Assembly: GCA_964016885.1 (NCBI GenBank)
Contig: OZ024758.1
Span: forward strand, 39,804,001-39,868,000
Source of the DNA: Eledone cirrhosa
Lineage: Eukaryota
DNA: 64,000 nt
Direction: 5' to 3'
Below, piece by piece: positions 10,208-22,663 of this stretch. The notes beneath the pieces are model-generated. The model was not told where the DNA came from. It worked only from the letters and a program-made list of their open reading frames with translations, and did no database searches. Every line of letters begins with the position of its first letter. Position 1 is the first letter of the stretch. The position numbers and the translations under genes were made by a program.

Positions 10208-12925
10208 ATGTTGCCTAAAAAAAATTACAAGACTGGAGCAACAAAGAGGAAAGAAGCTAGACAAGCTGCCAGGGAAGAATCTGCAAAGAAATGTCATCTA
10301 ATCACAAGTTTTCTGAAAAGTCAACAGTCTTCGTCAACAAGTAGTGACGCATCCCAAACCAATGTAACTGCCGGAATTTCCGGCGAGTCGGTCTGGTCAG
10401 ATGAACTGGAGAAACAGAAAAGCACTGGAGAGTCGCGAGAACCTGACGTCGAAGATGCCTCAGGTCCATCGACTATCTCAACAACCGTCGTAGTCACTGA
10501 AGATATAGTTCCAAATGGGGATCCAAACTCAATAGAGGGAAAAATGGCTGTATCGGAATCTGAAAATGAAAATGATTCAGAGGAAACTACATCGGCAAAA
10601 CAAATCCCAGAGCATGGGCCAGTAGAGTGCATGTTGAATTTACAAGAGAAGTATCCAAGCGACCCGAAACATTTCGAAGACAGACCATTGACGACACCTC
10701 TAATTCGTGCCCTCATGACTTTTGGTCCTTGTCAGCCAGGATTGAAAGATCATTTTGCTGATTTCCCTCTCGACTCGAACCACAGAAAATTCAACATCAG
10801 TTGGTACAAGAGAAAGTGTGCTGGAATCCATGAAGTTGACCGACACTGGTTAGTATACTCTCCTGAATCCAACAGACTATATTGCTTTTGTTGTTGGCTG
10901 TTTGCTGATAAAAATGCCGAATCTTACTCGAAGACTTGGGGTAATCCAGAGTGTGGGATGGCAAACTTCAAAAAGGGAATCGAAAAAATTGCCAATCATG
11001 AGAAAAGTACCATTCACATCAATGCACAAAAGCAATACTTCATGACAAAATATCGTTTGGACGCAAATAAAACGGTGATCGATAACCTCATCCATGAAGA
11101 GAAGCGAATTGAACGAAATCGCCAGATATTGGGGCGATTGCTTGATTGTACGTTATTTCTCACAAAACAAGGCTTGGCCTTCAGAGGTCACAGGGAATAT
11201 GCTGGACTTGGCGCCAAATCAGAAAATGAAGGAAACTTTATTGAATTGTTGAAATTGATAGCCAAGTATGATACGATCTTGGAAAGCCATTTCTTCTCAC
11301 CTGGGCGCACTAAAAGACAGCCTATGTACTTAAGTCCAAAATTACAAAACGAATTCATAGAATGCCTGGCGAACGAATGTACTCAACAAATAATCACGGA
11401 AGTGAAAGCGGCAAAATACTATTCAGTCATTGTCGATTCCACAATAGACATTTCGCATCAGGATCAATGCTCTGTGTCACTCCGATATGTATCGAAAAGT
11501 GGCCACGCACAGGAGCGTTTCCTGTCATTTTGTGAACTAAAATCAGCAGCCGCTGAATCATTTTTCGATACGCTTGTGAAAGTTCTTTTCCAGGATCTTT
11601 CTTTGGATGCTCAATATATTAGAGGACAAGCTTACGACGGAGCGTCAAATATGTCCGGCCATATTTCTGGGCTTCAGGCTAGAGTTAAAGAGGGATGCTC
11701 TTCGAAAGCTGTTTACGTCCATTGTTGTGCTCATAACCTGAACCTGGTGTTAATCGATGCTAGCCAATCGTCAATGGATGGTAAATTATTTTTTGGTACA
11801 TTGGAGAGCCTGTATGTTTTCTTAACATCAAGCTTGCCAAGGCTGAAAATCCTCGAAGAAGAACAAGAAAAACTATTGATTTCAACGGTATTAACATTAA
11901 AACGACTCTCAGATACCCGCTGGTTTAGTCACATTCAGGCTGTAGAGGCTACCATTAACAACTTACCGGCAGTAATGAGTGCACTAGAGAGGATAGTAAG
12001 TGGGGATGTTCGCAACACTGCTCCGAAAGTATTAGCTGAGGCCAGAGGTTTGCTACTAAATGTGAGCAAGTTTGAATTCATTTTCATGTTGAAGTTTTTT
12101 CAGAATTTACTTAAAAAGCTGCATTCTGTTTCACAATATTTGCAGAAGGAGGCTATCGACTTATATTCCGCGGACGTCATGATTAAAAATGTAGTAAAAG
12201 AAATTGAAGAAATCCGCTCAAATGAATATTTTGACCGAACATTATCAGACACTAAAAATCTCGCCGAGCAATGTCAAGTTGAACCAGAGTTTACAACAGA
12301 AAAACGGAAAAGAAAAAAGAAGCGTTTTCATGACGAAAATGCCAGTGACGAACCTCATGAGACGATGAGTCAGCATTTTAAACGGGACGTTTATTTCACT
12401 ATCCTAGATAGAATCATTAGTAGCTTTAACGAACGTTTTGCCGACTTGCACGGTCTAGTGAAGGATTTTTCGTGCTTGATACCGGCGCACTTCGACGACG
12501 ACGACACATGCAATAAAGAGAGAATCGATAATCTTGCGAAATTCTACGAGGGTGACATCAAAAATGACACTATCTTCGATGAATATTTATCATTCAAAGA
12601 TTTTTACAAGGAAGTGTGTTTAGATAAATCCATATCGAGTTCTGAGATCGTTCCGTTTATGATTTCTAAGGACTTAGATAGAGCCTATCTGAACGTGTTT
12701 GCCTTATACAAAATGTTCATAACTATTCCGGTTAGCTCGGCGCAGGCTGAGCGAACCTTCAGCAGGCTCAAACTGATAAAGAATTATTTGCATAGTACCA
12801 TGAGTGAAGAGCGGTTGAATGCTCTGGCAATGATGTACATAGAGCGAGAACTGGCTGAAAAAATTGACTTCAGCATCGTGATTGAAAAATTTTCTAAAGT
12901 AAAACATCGCAAATTAGAACTGTAG
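10208..12925 (+). CDS. hAT transposase, 905 aa (TTF-type zinc finger, DUF4371, hAT dimerization domain)
   Basis: Uninterrupted ORF with WLVYS...YCFCC, LAFRGH, IVDSTID, YDGASNM, HCCAHNLNL, TRW, AERTFSRLKLIK. Confidence 0.95.
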   Translation: MLPKKNYKTGATKRKEARQAAREESAKKCHLITSFLKSQQSSSTSSDASQTNVTAGISGESVWSDELEKQKSTGESREPDVEDASGPSTISTTVVVTEDIVPNGDPNSIEGKMAVSESENENDSEETTSAKQIPEHGPVECMLNLQEKYPSDPKHFEDRPLTTPLIRALMTFGPCQPGLKDHFADFPLDSNHRKFNISWYKRKCAGIHEVDRHWLVYSPESNRLYCFCCWLFADKNAESYSKTWGNPECGMANFKKGIEKIANHEKSTIHINAQKQYFMTKYRLDANKTVIDNLIHEEKRIERNRQILGRLLDCTLFLTKQGLAFRGHREYAGLGAKSENEGNFIELLKLIAKYDTILESHFFSPGRTKRQPMYLSPKLQNEFIECLANECTQQIITEVKAAKYYSVIVDSTIDISHQDQCSVSLRYVSKSGHAQERFLSFCELKSAAAESFFDTLVKVLFQDLSLDAQYIRGQAYDGASNMSGHISGLQARVKEGCSSKAVYVHCCAHNLNLVLIDASQSSMDGKLFFGTLESLYVFLTSSLPRLKILEEEQEKLLISTVLTLKRLSDTRWFSHIQAVEATINNLPAVMSALERIVSGDVRNTAPKVLAEARGLLLNVSKFEFIFMLKFFQNLLKKLHSVSQYLQKEAIDLYSADVMIKNVVKEIEEIRSNEYFDRTLSDTKNLAEQCQVEPEFTTEKRKRKKKRFHDENASDEPHETMSQHFKRDVYFTILDRIISSFNERFADLHGLVKDFSCLIPAHFDDDDTCNKERIDNLAKFYEGDIKNDTIFDEYLSFKDFYKEVCLDKSISSSEIVPFMISKDLDRAYLNVFALYKMFITIPVSSAQAERTFSRLKLIKNYLHSTMSEERLNALAMMYIERELAEKIDFSIVIEKFSKVKHRKLEL

Positions 12926-14466
12926 AACAAGTGATATGCTCGAATGTGAAAGTAAAGGTTTAGATGGACGATTTGTTGCACATACGAATTTTTGTTTGTG
13001 AATAATCGATTGCAAGACTAGTTTTACTGGATATTGTTTTTTTTTCTGAAGATAGACCACCGTCTTTGCAGTTAATAAAGTTTTCACGGAACATGCTAAC
13101 TCTGTAATCTATGATGTATTCTACTCTATTATAAATTATCTATTCTAGACGCCCGTATGAACATATTTTCTTGCAGCTGATGGAAATGAGCGTATGGAAT
13201 TGGTGGGCCCCCTTTAGATCGGATTTTTCCCCCCTGGCTTTAAAAGCTAGTTACGCCACTGGTTAGACGGGTCATCCACGCCAGGAGGCAAGTCTGGCCA
13301 GGGTTGGCCATGTGTCGCACCTTGCTCAGGTGAGGTCTGTAAATTTGGTGGGGTATTTTACAGCTGGATTCCCTTCCTAACATCAACCATGTTTACAGTG
13401 TGGAACTGGATGGCTCTGTTATGAGGAGGGACAGGCCAGTTGGCTGCACTGAACTCATCTCACAGTGGAACTATAATTTTGGGGGGCCTGGTACTGGGTG
13501 GCACCACTGTGAGGAGGGGTAGCCAGTCAGCTGCTCCAAACTCATCTCACGAGGTTACCACAGTTTTGGGGACCTGTACTAGATGATCCCGCTATAGTGA
13601 TGGTGTAGCTAGTTTATATGAATAAGTAAATCTGACGCAGGTATATTTCTACAGTTTACCAATGTACCGTACATACTGGCGCCAATGACGACCAATTTTT
13701 GAAAAAAAATAATAATCAACCTTCGGCCTCCAGGACATATGGTAGATATTTTGGACTTATATTATGGAAAAAGTAATGTCTTCGATGCTAGGAAATATGG
13801 TGAAAATGTAAAATTTCCACTGTTAAATCTATCCCTGCATTTTAAGTATTCTCTATTATCTCATACTGTTACTTTCTTATAAGTCCTATAAGAATGCATT
13901 TTTTGCTAAACTGCCATAGAGCAGACCTCTGAAGTGATAGAAGGATATAATTTATAGAGCATGCTGGAATACCACTGCTTACATTGGAGAGAATTTCTCT
14001 GGACAGAATGTTGATATCTACAGTTTACCAATATAGAAATATAACATTTCCACTGTTAAATCTATCTCTGCTTCTAAAGTATTCTCTATTATCTCATACT
14101 GTTTCTTTCTTATTTCAGAATATCAGATGACATTGGGATAAATTATTATTTTCAATCTTGGATACATCACCTCTATTTATCATCATTTGAAGACTAAAAC
14201 CTTCTAAACAGAACTTATATAACACTGTTTATATAAATCTATAGTTCAATTAGTGTGAAATATTTCCTCAAAACTGAGTTTATTTTCTTCACTATAAGAT
14301 GGTTTTGTATTTTAACTAAACTTGGATGAAACAGAAGTTTGTGTTATCTTCAGATATTAACTGAAATCACAGTTGAGGGAAATATAGAAGAATATTTTAT
14401 AAGAAATATAATATAAAAAATATTACAAGAAAAACATCTGTATATTCTGTTGAAGAAGAAATCATT

Positions 14467-15260
14467 ATGCCAAATAAATTGACAAAGAAGATTAAATGTG
14501 AAACACAATCTAAAGTGTTTAGTATTGCTGGTGAGATGACAAAGGTTAGAGAACAGAAGCCATATCACTGTGATATCTGTGGTATATCATTCTCTCAAAG
14601 AGGTACCTTAACTACTCACAAACGTATACATACAGGTGATAAGCCATATCACTGTGATATCTGTGGTAAATCATTCTCTGGGAAAAGTAGCCTAACTACT
14701 CACAAATGTATACATGCAGAAGAGAAATCATAATGCATTGATATCAGTGATAAATCATTCTCTCAAATTTGTGAATTAATGAGAATACAAATACATATCA
14801 TTGTAACATCTTAGGGAAAGCATTCTCTTTGAATGTTACATTAACTACACACACACATATACATACAGCTGGGAAGCCATATCACTTTGATATATTTGGT
14901 ACATCATTCTCTAAATGTTGTGGCTTCACTAGACACTAACATCTACAGGAGAGGAACCATATCACTGTGATGTCTGTGATAAATCCTTCTGTAAATGTGG
15001 TTTCACTAGACACCAACATATACATACAGGAGAGGAACGATATCACTGTGATGTCTGTGATAAATCCTTCTCTAAATGTTGTGGTTTCACTAGACACCAA
15101 CATATACAGGAGATGAACCATATCACTGATGTCTGTGATAAATCCTTCTCTAAATGTTGTGGTTTAATTAGACACTAACATATACAGGAGAGGAACTATA
15201 TCACTGTGATGTCTGTGGTACATCTTTCTCTTATAAAGATTACTTAATGCAACACAATTA
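14467..15260 (+). pseudogene. C2H2 zinc-finger array: two near-intact fingers, then a stop and several frameshifted fingers
   Basis: [40 protein letters not shown]. 'CATATCACTGTGAT' finger heads recur to ~15210. Candidate acceptors tttcag (~14119) and cttcag (~14353). Confidence 0.85.
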
Positions 15261-15359
15261 GATAAAAACCATGTCACTCACCTAAAATAGTGCCATCAAT
15301 GTTGTTAATATTTTGAATAAACCTGTTTTACTAAGAAATTCTCCTTTCATTTTATGTCT

Positions 15360-15770
15360 GTACAAACACAGTCTTCTCTCTTACACACCACTTCAGCTCA
15401 CTCTTAAACCCAGCTTCTTCTTCAACTTGTCCAAGGTCTCCCTTTCTCTCACACTTACACAACATATCCTACAAAGCATGGTTGTTTCATATCTCTCCAG
15501 TCTACATAACCTCTGCAGTCACAGCCCTTATTTCGTTACCATGCATCATTGCATATCACCCACATGTGTCATACAGTTGTCCTTTTGTACAGAGAGAGAG
15601 AAACCTTTTGTGGTCAACTGTTGCAGTAGCTCTAAACTTTTTCCATCCTATCCTTATTCTAGCTATACATCTTTCAGAGCAGCCCCCTCCACTTCTAATT
15701 AACTCACCTAGATTGCAAAATATATTTGTCAGCATACTTTATGAAGGGTCTGTTTGGAAGTGCCTCGCCT
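15360..15770 (-). mobile_element. RTE LINE RT C-terminal fragment
   Basis: Reverse complement is similar to the RTE at 46300-46650. Confidence 0.7.
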
Positions 15771-15899
15771 AATAAACAATGGTGCCATAACTGGACTCAG
15801 AAACCAATGGTCACACATACATGGTAAGTTAGCTAAGAATGTAGGTTTTACATTGGTTCACTGCGCTGCAGAAGTAAGCAGCAATCACGTTTAGGAGAC

Positions 15900-16460
15900 A
15901 AGCTCTATCAAATATTTAAAGGGTTCCATAGAAGCAGTTGACAGTTTCTGTTACCTGGGGTATCAAATAAGCAGTGGAGGTAGGTGTTCTGAAAGTACAG
16001 TAACAAGAGTAAGAACAAGATGGCAGAGGTTTAGGGTGTTACTACTGCTGCTAGCTACAAAAGGTTGTTTCACCAAATTGATGTGAGCATATGAACAGCA
16101 ATGCTGCATTGCAGTGAGGACCTCAGAAGATTGGATAGAAATGAAGCTTGAATTCTCCGATGGATGTGTAATATTAATATACATGAAGGGGAAAGTGTTA
16201 ATAAACTGAGAGAGAACCTGGGCATGAGAGGGAAAAGATACAGTATGCAGGAGAGGAGATTGCTGTGGTATGGACATGTGATGTGTATGAAGGTAGAGAT
16301 GCTGTATAAAAGGTTGACCACTTGAAATTGATGGAAGGGGAAGACCTAGGTATGCTTGGGATGTGGAGGTAAAAACTGACCTGACACCATTGTACCTCTC
16401 AAAGGTGATGACACAGGATTGAAATCTCTGGCATTATACATTACTGCAGGAGACCTGCAT
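15900..16460 (+). mobile_element. RTE LINE 3' fragment
   Basis: 'VDSFCYLG...SSGGRCSE' and 'LLWYGHV' remnants. Confidence 0.75.
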
Positions 16461-16714
16461 TCCCATGTCCACAGGTTGACACAACATTTAGTGGTTTGAA
16501 GTATGCTCCAATTTTATTCCCCTTCACATCTTAACACTCCACCCCCTTACCAGCTAAGTACACCACCCTGACACACCTCTCCAATCCCCACCCTACATAC
16601 ACACAACCCCACCCCCACTTTCACATCTGATACACCTCTCTTGACCAACCCATGTATACAAGTATGGAAAGCTTAACATGCTCTCCTCCAATGCTGCTGA
16701 AATGGCTAAACCCT

Positions 16715-16980
16715 CAGGCAACCCTGTAAGGTGGTCATGCAGGTGTCATGACAAAAGAGCACCAAGTCCTCTCTGTTAGGTAACATGACAAAAGAACACC
16801 TAACCCTCCCTGCAAGGTAGTCATGCTGATGACATGACAAATAAGCACCCAGTCCACCCTGTGAGGTAGACATGACAGAAGGCCCCTAGCCCACTCTGTA
16901 AAGTAGTCATGCTAGTGCTAGTGGCAAGACTGAAGGGACCCGAAGCACCCTTCAAAGTGATCAAATTGGTGACATGACTT
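16715..16980. repeat. Degenerate tandem repeat of roughly 40-55-bp units
   Basis: Recurring 'CATGACAAAAG..CACC...CTGTAAGGT.GTCATGC' (~6 units). Confidence 0.55.
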
Positions 16981-18221
16981 GACACCATTTTTTAGTTTAC
17001 TTCTAAAATATCTCATTTTTATTTTACTTCTAAACTATCTCATATATTTAAAAATTACTTATTTTAAAAAATTATTATTTATTTCTTAAAAAAATTACTT
17101 TTTAAAGATTATTTAAAATTTTTTAATATTTTTTAATATTTTTTAAATATTTTTAAACATTTTAAATAGTTTAAGTACTTTTTAAGTATTTTATTTTGTT
17201 AAAAGGGTTTTTTGAGTATCTTCTGAGATTAAAAAACATTTTTTTTTTTATTTTTCCAGAAATTTTTTCCAGAACTTTTAATATTTTAATATTTTTAATA
17301 TTTTTTAATTATTTAATATTAGAGTTATAACCAATAACTAATTCTGGCTATATATATCTTTCAACATTTATATCTTCGTCAAAATGGTCTCTTACTAACT
17401 AATAAATAAACAAAGCTGGGTTTTTCAGTATCTTCCTAATTTAAAACATTAAAAACATATAAATAATCTTATTAACTCAGTTAATTTAATTACTTACACT
17501 AAATATAAACCAGTATCCCTCATAACTTATTAAAACAATTATCTATAACATGATATAGCCATTTATCCACTCATATATCTATTCTTCTATCTATTGATTC
17601 TCCTATTTTCTACTTTATATCTATTTATTTTCAATTTATTATTCAATGTCTTTATATATATTTATTTTTTCTATATATCTATTTTTCTATATACTTATAA
17701 TAGTAAATATTATATTGTATTATATTAGAATTCTAACAATAATTAGTAAATATACGTAACATTAATATAAACGTAATACTTATTTACGTTACATGAGTTC
17801 ATCCTCTATAAATGTCTTTCTTCTCTCTATCTCTCTATCTATCTCATAACAAGGCGCCTCCTCTCTATTGAGGATTTTGTTAAAAATTTTATTTTTTGTT
17901 ATATCTTATTTTATTTTTATATTTTGTTATTGCCTCCTCCTTATTGAGGACGCCTTTTTGTGTAAACTCCCCCCTTTGTACTTGTCCCACTTTTGATGCC
18001 CTAGTGGCAAATAAAAGAAATATATCTATCTCATAACAGTAATTTTTTTCTCTCTCTTTCTTCTCTTTCTTCCCTATCTTTCCCCAGCGTAATTTAAATA
18101 AACGGTTGTTTTTTCAATTTTTCATACATTCATTTGCATATTCACACATAACTTTGAATTACCCCTAATAAGTTTCCCCTATCCAGCGAATTTCCGACCG
18201 TTATTTATAAAACAAATTTTG

Positions 18222-18286
18222 TATTTTATCTGATGAAAGAGCACCAAGATTGACTTGGTCGCCCTTGAAATATATATAATAAAATA
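18222..18286 (+). ncRNA. Type I hammerhead ribozyme motif (Penelope-like)
   Basis: TATTTTAT CTGATGA AAG..ACCAAG-loop-CTTGGT..CTT GAAA TATATA TA ATAAAATA. Confidence 0.7.
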
Positions 18287-19401
18287 AATATGCAAAAGTT
18301 CTATTTAAATTGTTGGGATACAACAAGCAAATATGTTTATAACTGATATAAAGCACTCAACAAGTATTTGGAATAAACATACGATATTAACAATCCTTTT
18401 GTATTTTATGTACTCAATTATATTATGTACTATATTGATTTATACTTCTCTCTATATGTGAGTATATATGTATATGTGTATATTGACATACATGTACATG
18501 CGTTCTATGCATTTTTATGAATATATGTCTGTCTGTATGTATGCATGCGTGACGCGTATCTACCAATTGGCTGAGGATGCACACACATGTATATATATGT
18601 ATATGTAAGAATTGTGTGTGTACATGTACATGTATACCCATACAATTTGATTGCAGATAGACATTACTAACAGCCATAAATGCATACCAGCTAATCTTAT
18701 ATATTTATATATATATATTAAAAACATTTTTTATAAAAAATATTTTATTTAATGACACAAAGGATGGATAACATTAAATTAAAAATTCATTTATGCTTTG
18801 TATGTATATATTATATACGTGGTTAGATATGGTGTGTATTTTGTGAGTGTGTGTGTATATATATATATTTATGTGTATTTTTGCGTGTGTGTACGTGTTA
18901 TATGATATGTAGTTCTCTAGCAATATATAGATTTCTTAATGTTTAGATTCCAAGTTTTAATATATTGATCTCAATTTTTAAACTAAATATCTAATCATAG
19001 TTAAACAATGATTAATTTCTCATATTATGTATGTATATTCCATTCATGATTATTAATATTTCTAATTTTATTTATTCATTTCATCTCAATTGTTAAGTTA
19101 ACTTAATATGACATGACTTAATGTGTTCATTCTTTCCCCCTCTCTCTATCTCTCTATTTTTCTCTCTGTCTGGTGTTTTGATATATCTCTCTCGTTTTTC
19201 TCTCCTTTTTCTTTTTTCTTGTTTTCTTTCTTTCTTTCTCCCTTTTCTCTCTCTCCGTCCTTTTCCTTATCTGTAACACTACGACTTATTTTAAAAATAC
19301 TAATATAAGTAAACAACTCCACTATCCCTGAGTCTTCCAAAAGTAACGGTTGCATTTTGTAAGGGTATGTCAATATTTATTTATAAAACTGTTATATATT
19401 G

Positions 19402-19466
19402 TATTTTGTCTGATGAAAGCATACCATAATTTAACATGGTATCCTTGAAATATGTATAATAAAATA
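19402..19466 (+). ncRNA. Type I hammerhead ribozyme motif (Penelope-like)
   Basis: TATTTTGT CTGATGA AAGcATACCAT-loop-ATGGTATcCTT GAAA TATGTA TA ATAAAATA. Confidence 0.72.
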
Positions 19467-19534
19467 GATATGGTTTTATAAATATAGTTTCCATTTGTTA
19501 ATATCGTATAATAAAATAAATATAGTTTTATAAA

Positions 19535-19915
19535 TCATCATCACCGTTTTACGTCCGTTCTTCCATGCTAGCATGGGTTAGACGGGTTGTCCTGTTGTGG
19601 GCAGTGTCTGGTCGGCTGACCATGCCTTGCTCATACAGGAACTGATTTTGGCTTTTCTATAGCCGGATGCCCTTCCTAACACCAACCTCATTTACAGTGA
19701 GTGTTGCGTGCATTTTTCCGTGGCGCCTATACGTCCACTTTACAGTGTGGGCTGGGTGCTTTTTTTGTGTGGCACCTCCACGACCACTTTGCAGTGGGAG
19801 GGTGTGGGGGCATATTGTCTATATGCTTCAGCTTGAACCCATGGGAGGTCGGGTACTCTGTATTACTGCGTGACGCCAGAGGTCACGGTCGTGTGTCATC
19901 GCCTTTGAGAGGTGT
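19535..19915 (-). mobile_element. Non-autonomous retroelement with RTE-type tail
   Basis: Homologous to 3112-3370, with the same 'CATGGGTTAGACGGG' tail and (GAT)n end. Confidence 0.75.
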
Positions 19916-20174
19916 GTGTTTATATATATATATATACAAATAAATTATCGAGAATCGGAATCTCGGCCCATGAAATAATGAAACACAATCAAAGTGCTCA
20001 ATAGTTTGGATAAACCAGAGCTATAACTAACGTTTAAATACCAACACACTGAGATAATGCTTAAAATCATTCGCACAGCCGAAAAAAACGACCAAGAAAA
20101 TTCGGGTCAGACAAATAATAAATATATATATATATATTTTTTCTTTTAACATATATGTGTATATAAAATATATA

Positions 20175-20249
20175 CAGGGGCTCCCCAAAAATGTATACAC
20201 TCTTCAACTACAGTCTATGTAAGTGTGTATACATTTTGGGGGGACACTG
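20175..20249. mobile_element. Tc1/mariner-type mini-MITE
   Basis: TA-CAGGGGCTCCCCAAAAATGTATACAC...GTGTATACATTTTGGGGGGACACTG-TA. Related copy at 49837-49912. Confidence 0.75.
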
Positions 20250-20702
20250 TAATATACATATCATTAAACGTATCTCCTACATGTGTATAAATAAATATAC
20301 ATGTATTTTATTAACAATTTTCTGTAGAATCTGTTAAACATGGAAGAAAATGTGGAGACTAAATAAAATTAACGTGTTGGTCACATTAACTTAATAATAT
20401 AACTATATATTAATGAAATATGTCGAAATAAAAGTTGTAATTGTGACAAAAATATTGATTCGGTAGTTTATTATGACCAAGACTACTCATTATCCCACTA
20501 CATCTTTTGTATACTATATATATACTGTATATATACTGTTTATATATATATACACACACACATATAATTGCGTATTCACACATTATCTTAGTAATGAAAT
20601 AATAAGTTTAGTAAATTGTTCAAAAGGCAATTCCTTCCTCAATCATTACATAGATGTGTGTATGTAATAATTATTTTGTATTGTGTGTCTATTTAGGAAT
20701 AT

Positions 20703-21805
20703 GTATGTGTAGATGTGTGTGTGTGTAACACAGTAGATGTGTGTGTATGTAACACAATAGATGTGTGTGTATGTAACCCAGTAGATGTGTGTGTATGTAA
20801 CTCAGCAGATGTGTGTGTGTGTAACACAGTAGATGTGTGTGTATGTAACTCAGCAGATGTGTGTGTATGTAACACAGTAGATGTGTGTGTGTGTGTAACA
20901 CAGTATATGTATTTGTATGTAACACACTAGATGTGTGTGTATATATAACACAGTAGATGTGTATGTAACACAGTAGATGTGTATATATAACACAGTAGAT
21001 GTGTGTATATATAACACAGTAGATGTGTATATATAACACAGTAGATGTGTATGTAACACAGATGTGTATATATAACACAGTAGATGTGTGTGTATGTAAC
21101 ACAGATATGTGTGTATGTAACACAGTAGATGTGTATGTAACACAGTAGATGTGTATATATAACATAGTAGATGTGTGTGTATGTAACACAGATGTGTGTA
21201 TGTAACTCAGCAGATGTGTGTGTGTAACACAGTAGATGTGTGTGTATGTAACTCAGCAGATGTGTGTATGTAACACAGTAGATCAGTAGATGTGTGTGTG
21301 TGTAACACAGTATATGTATGTGTATGTAACACACTAGATGTGTGTGTATATATAACACAGTAGATGTGTATGTAACACAGTAGATGTGTGTGTATGTAAC
21401 ACAGTAGATGTGTATATATAACACAGTAGATGTGTATGTAACACAGTAGATGTGTATATATAACACAGTAGATGTGTGTGTATGTAAACAGATGTGTGTG
21501 TATGTAACACAGTACATGTGTGTATGTAACACAGTAGATGTGTATGTAACACAGTAGATGTGTATATATAACACAGTAGATCTGTGTATATATAACACAG
21601 TAGATGTGTGTGTATGTAACACAGTAGATCTGTGTGCATGTAACACAGTAGATGTGTGTATGTAACAGTATATGTATGTGTATGTAACACACTAGATGTG
21701 TGTGTATATGTAACACAGTAGATGTGTATGTAACACAGTAGATCTGTGTGTATGTAACACAGTACATGTGTGTATGTAACACAGTAGATGTGTGTGTATG
21801 TAACT
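20703..21805. repeat. Variable ~20-26-bp minisatellite GTAACACAGTAGAT(GT)nAT
   Basis: Direct inspection. A shorter array is at 50792-51228. Confidence 0.95.
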
Positions 21806-22339
21806 AAAGTGTAACGTACATTACGAATGGACAACTAAAAGATTTTAACTTGTTTTTTAACAATTCATGGTGGAAAAAAATTTAAATTGTCTCAATTCAG
21901 ACCATAAAGGGCCGCAACACATGGTGTTTGACACACTTACCGGCTACATAGCCTCGGGGTCTATTTTACTGAGACCGGCTACATATCTTCTTCCTAAAAT
22001 CTTCCAACATAATTTTATACAAGAACCACATGTGAAGTTACTAATAAAATAATTAATAATTAAACACTTCAGTAAATCCTTCAAATGATATCTCAGTAAT
22101 GAAATAATTAATAATTGTTATAAATACCTCAAAATTCCTCATTAATTAAACCCAAGACAGGTAAAAACTCCAGAGTCTTTCAATCGGACATGAAACAAAT
22201 TAATTTCTAATGGAAGAAGTAAAGATTTTAAAGTCAGCCAAGGGAGATCACTCTCAGCGACTTATCGTAATTCTCGTTCCGGAATTAATCCGGATTAAAA
22301 TATTCCGGTGTATTTTGTGTGGAGGAAACCGGATTTAGG

Positions 22340-22660
22340 CGGTGATAGCACGCAGTACATGAACGTATGGTTCGTGAGTTCGAATCCCAGACCGGGTGGT
22401 CTGTACGTCGGGGCCTTGAACAAGACACTTTATTTCTCTTTGTTTTATTTTACCCAGCTGGCAAAGATAATAAGTTGTAATAATTATAGTGGAAACGTTG
22501 TTACATAGAATTGTCACACTGAATCTCCCTGAGAAGAATGTCAACGGTATACGTGTCAATGAAATACTCAGACACATTATAATATAAGACGGGTTCTACA
22601 TGTATTTCAAAGGGAAGCCATGCCATACGTCTTACTGAATCTCCCTGAGAACTACGTATA
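22340..22660 (+). mobile_element. tRNA-derived SINE
   Basis: B-box GAGTTCGAATC and core 'CCTTGAACAAGACACTTTATTTC'. Confidence 0.7.
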
Positions 22661-22663
22661 TAC

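Larger units (their letters stand above)
8804..13261 (+). mobile_element. Full-length hAT DNA transposon (Tip100/ZMYM1-like type)
   Basis: 8-bp TSD GTTAGACG at 8796-8803 and 13262-13269. TIRs CTCTAGCGTAACTAG / CTAGTTACGCCACTG. GGTGGGCCCCC near both ends. Inserted in an RTE-type tail (CATGGGTTAGACGGG). Confidence 0.93.

Noticed and set aside
17850-18025. Short duplicated motif with AATAAA
   Set aside because: Resembles the 3' UTR of the Tx1-like family at ~44135-44200 but is too short to call.
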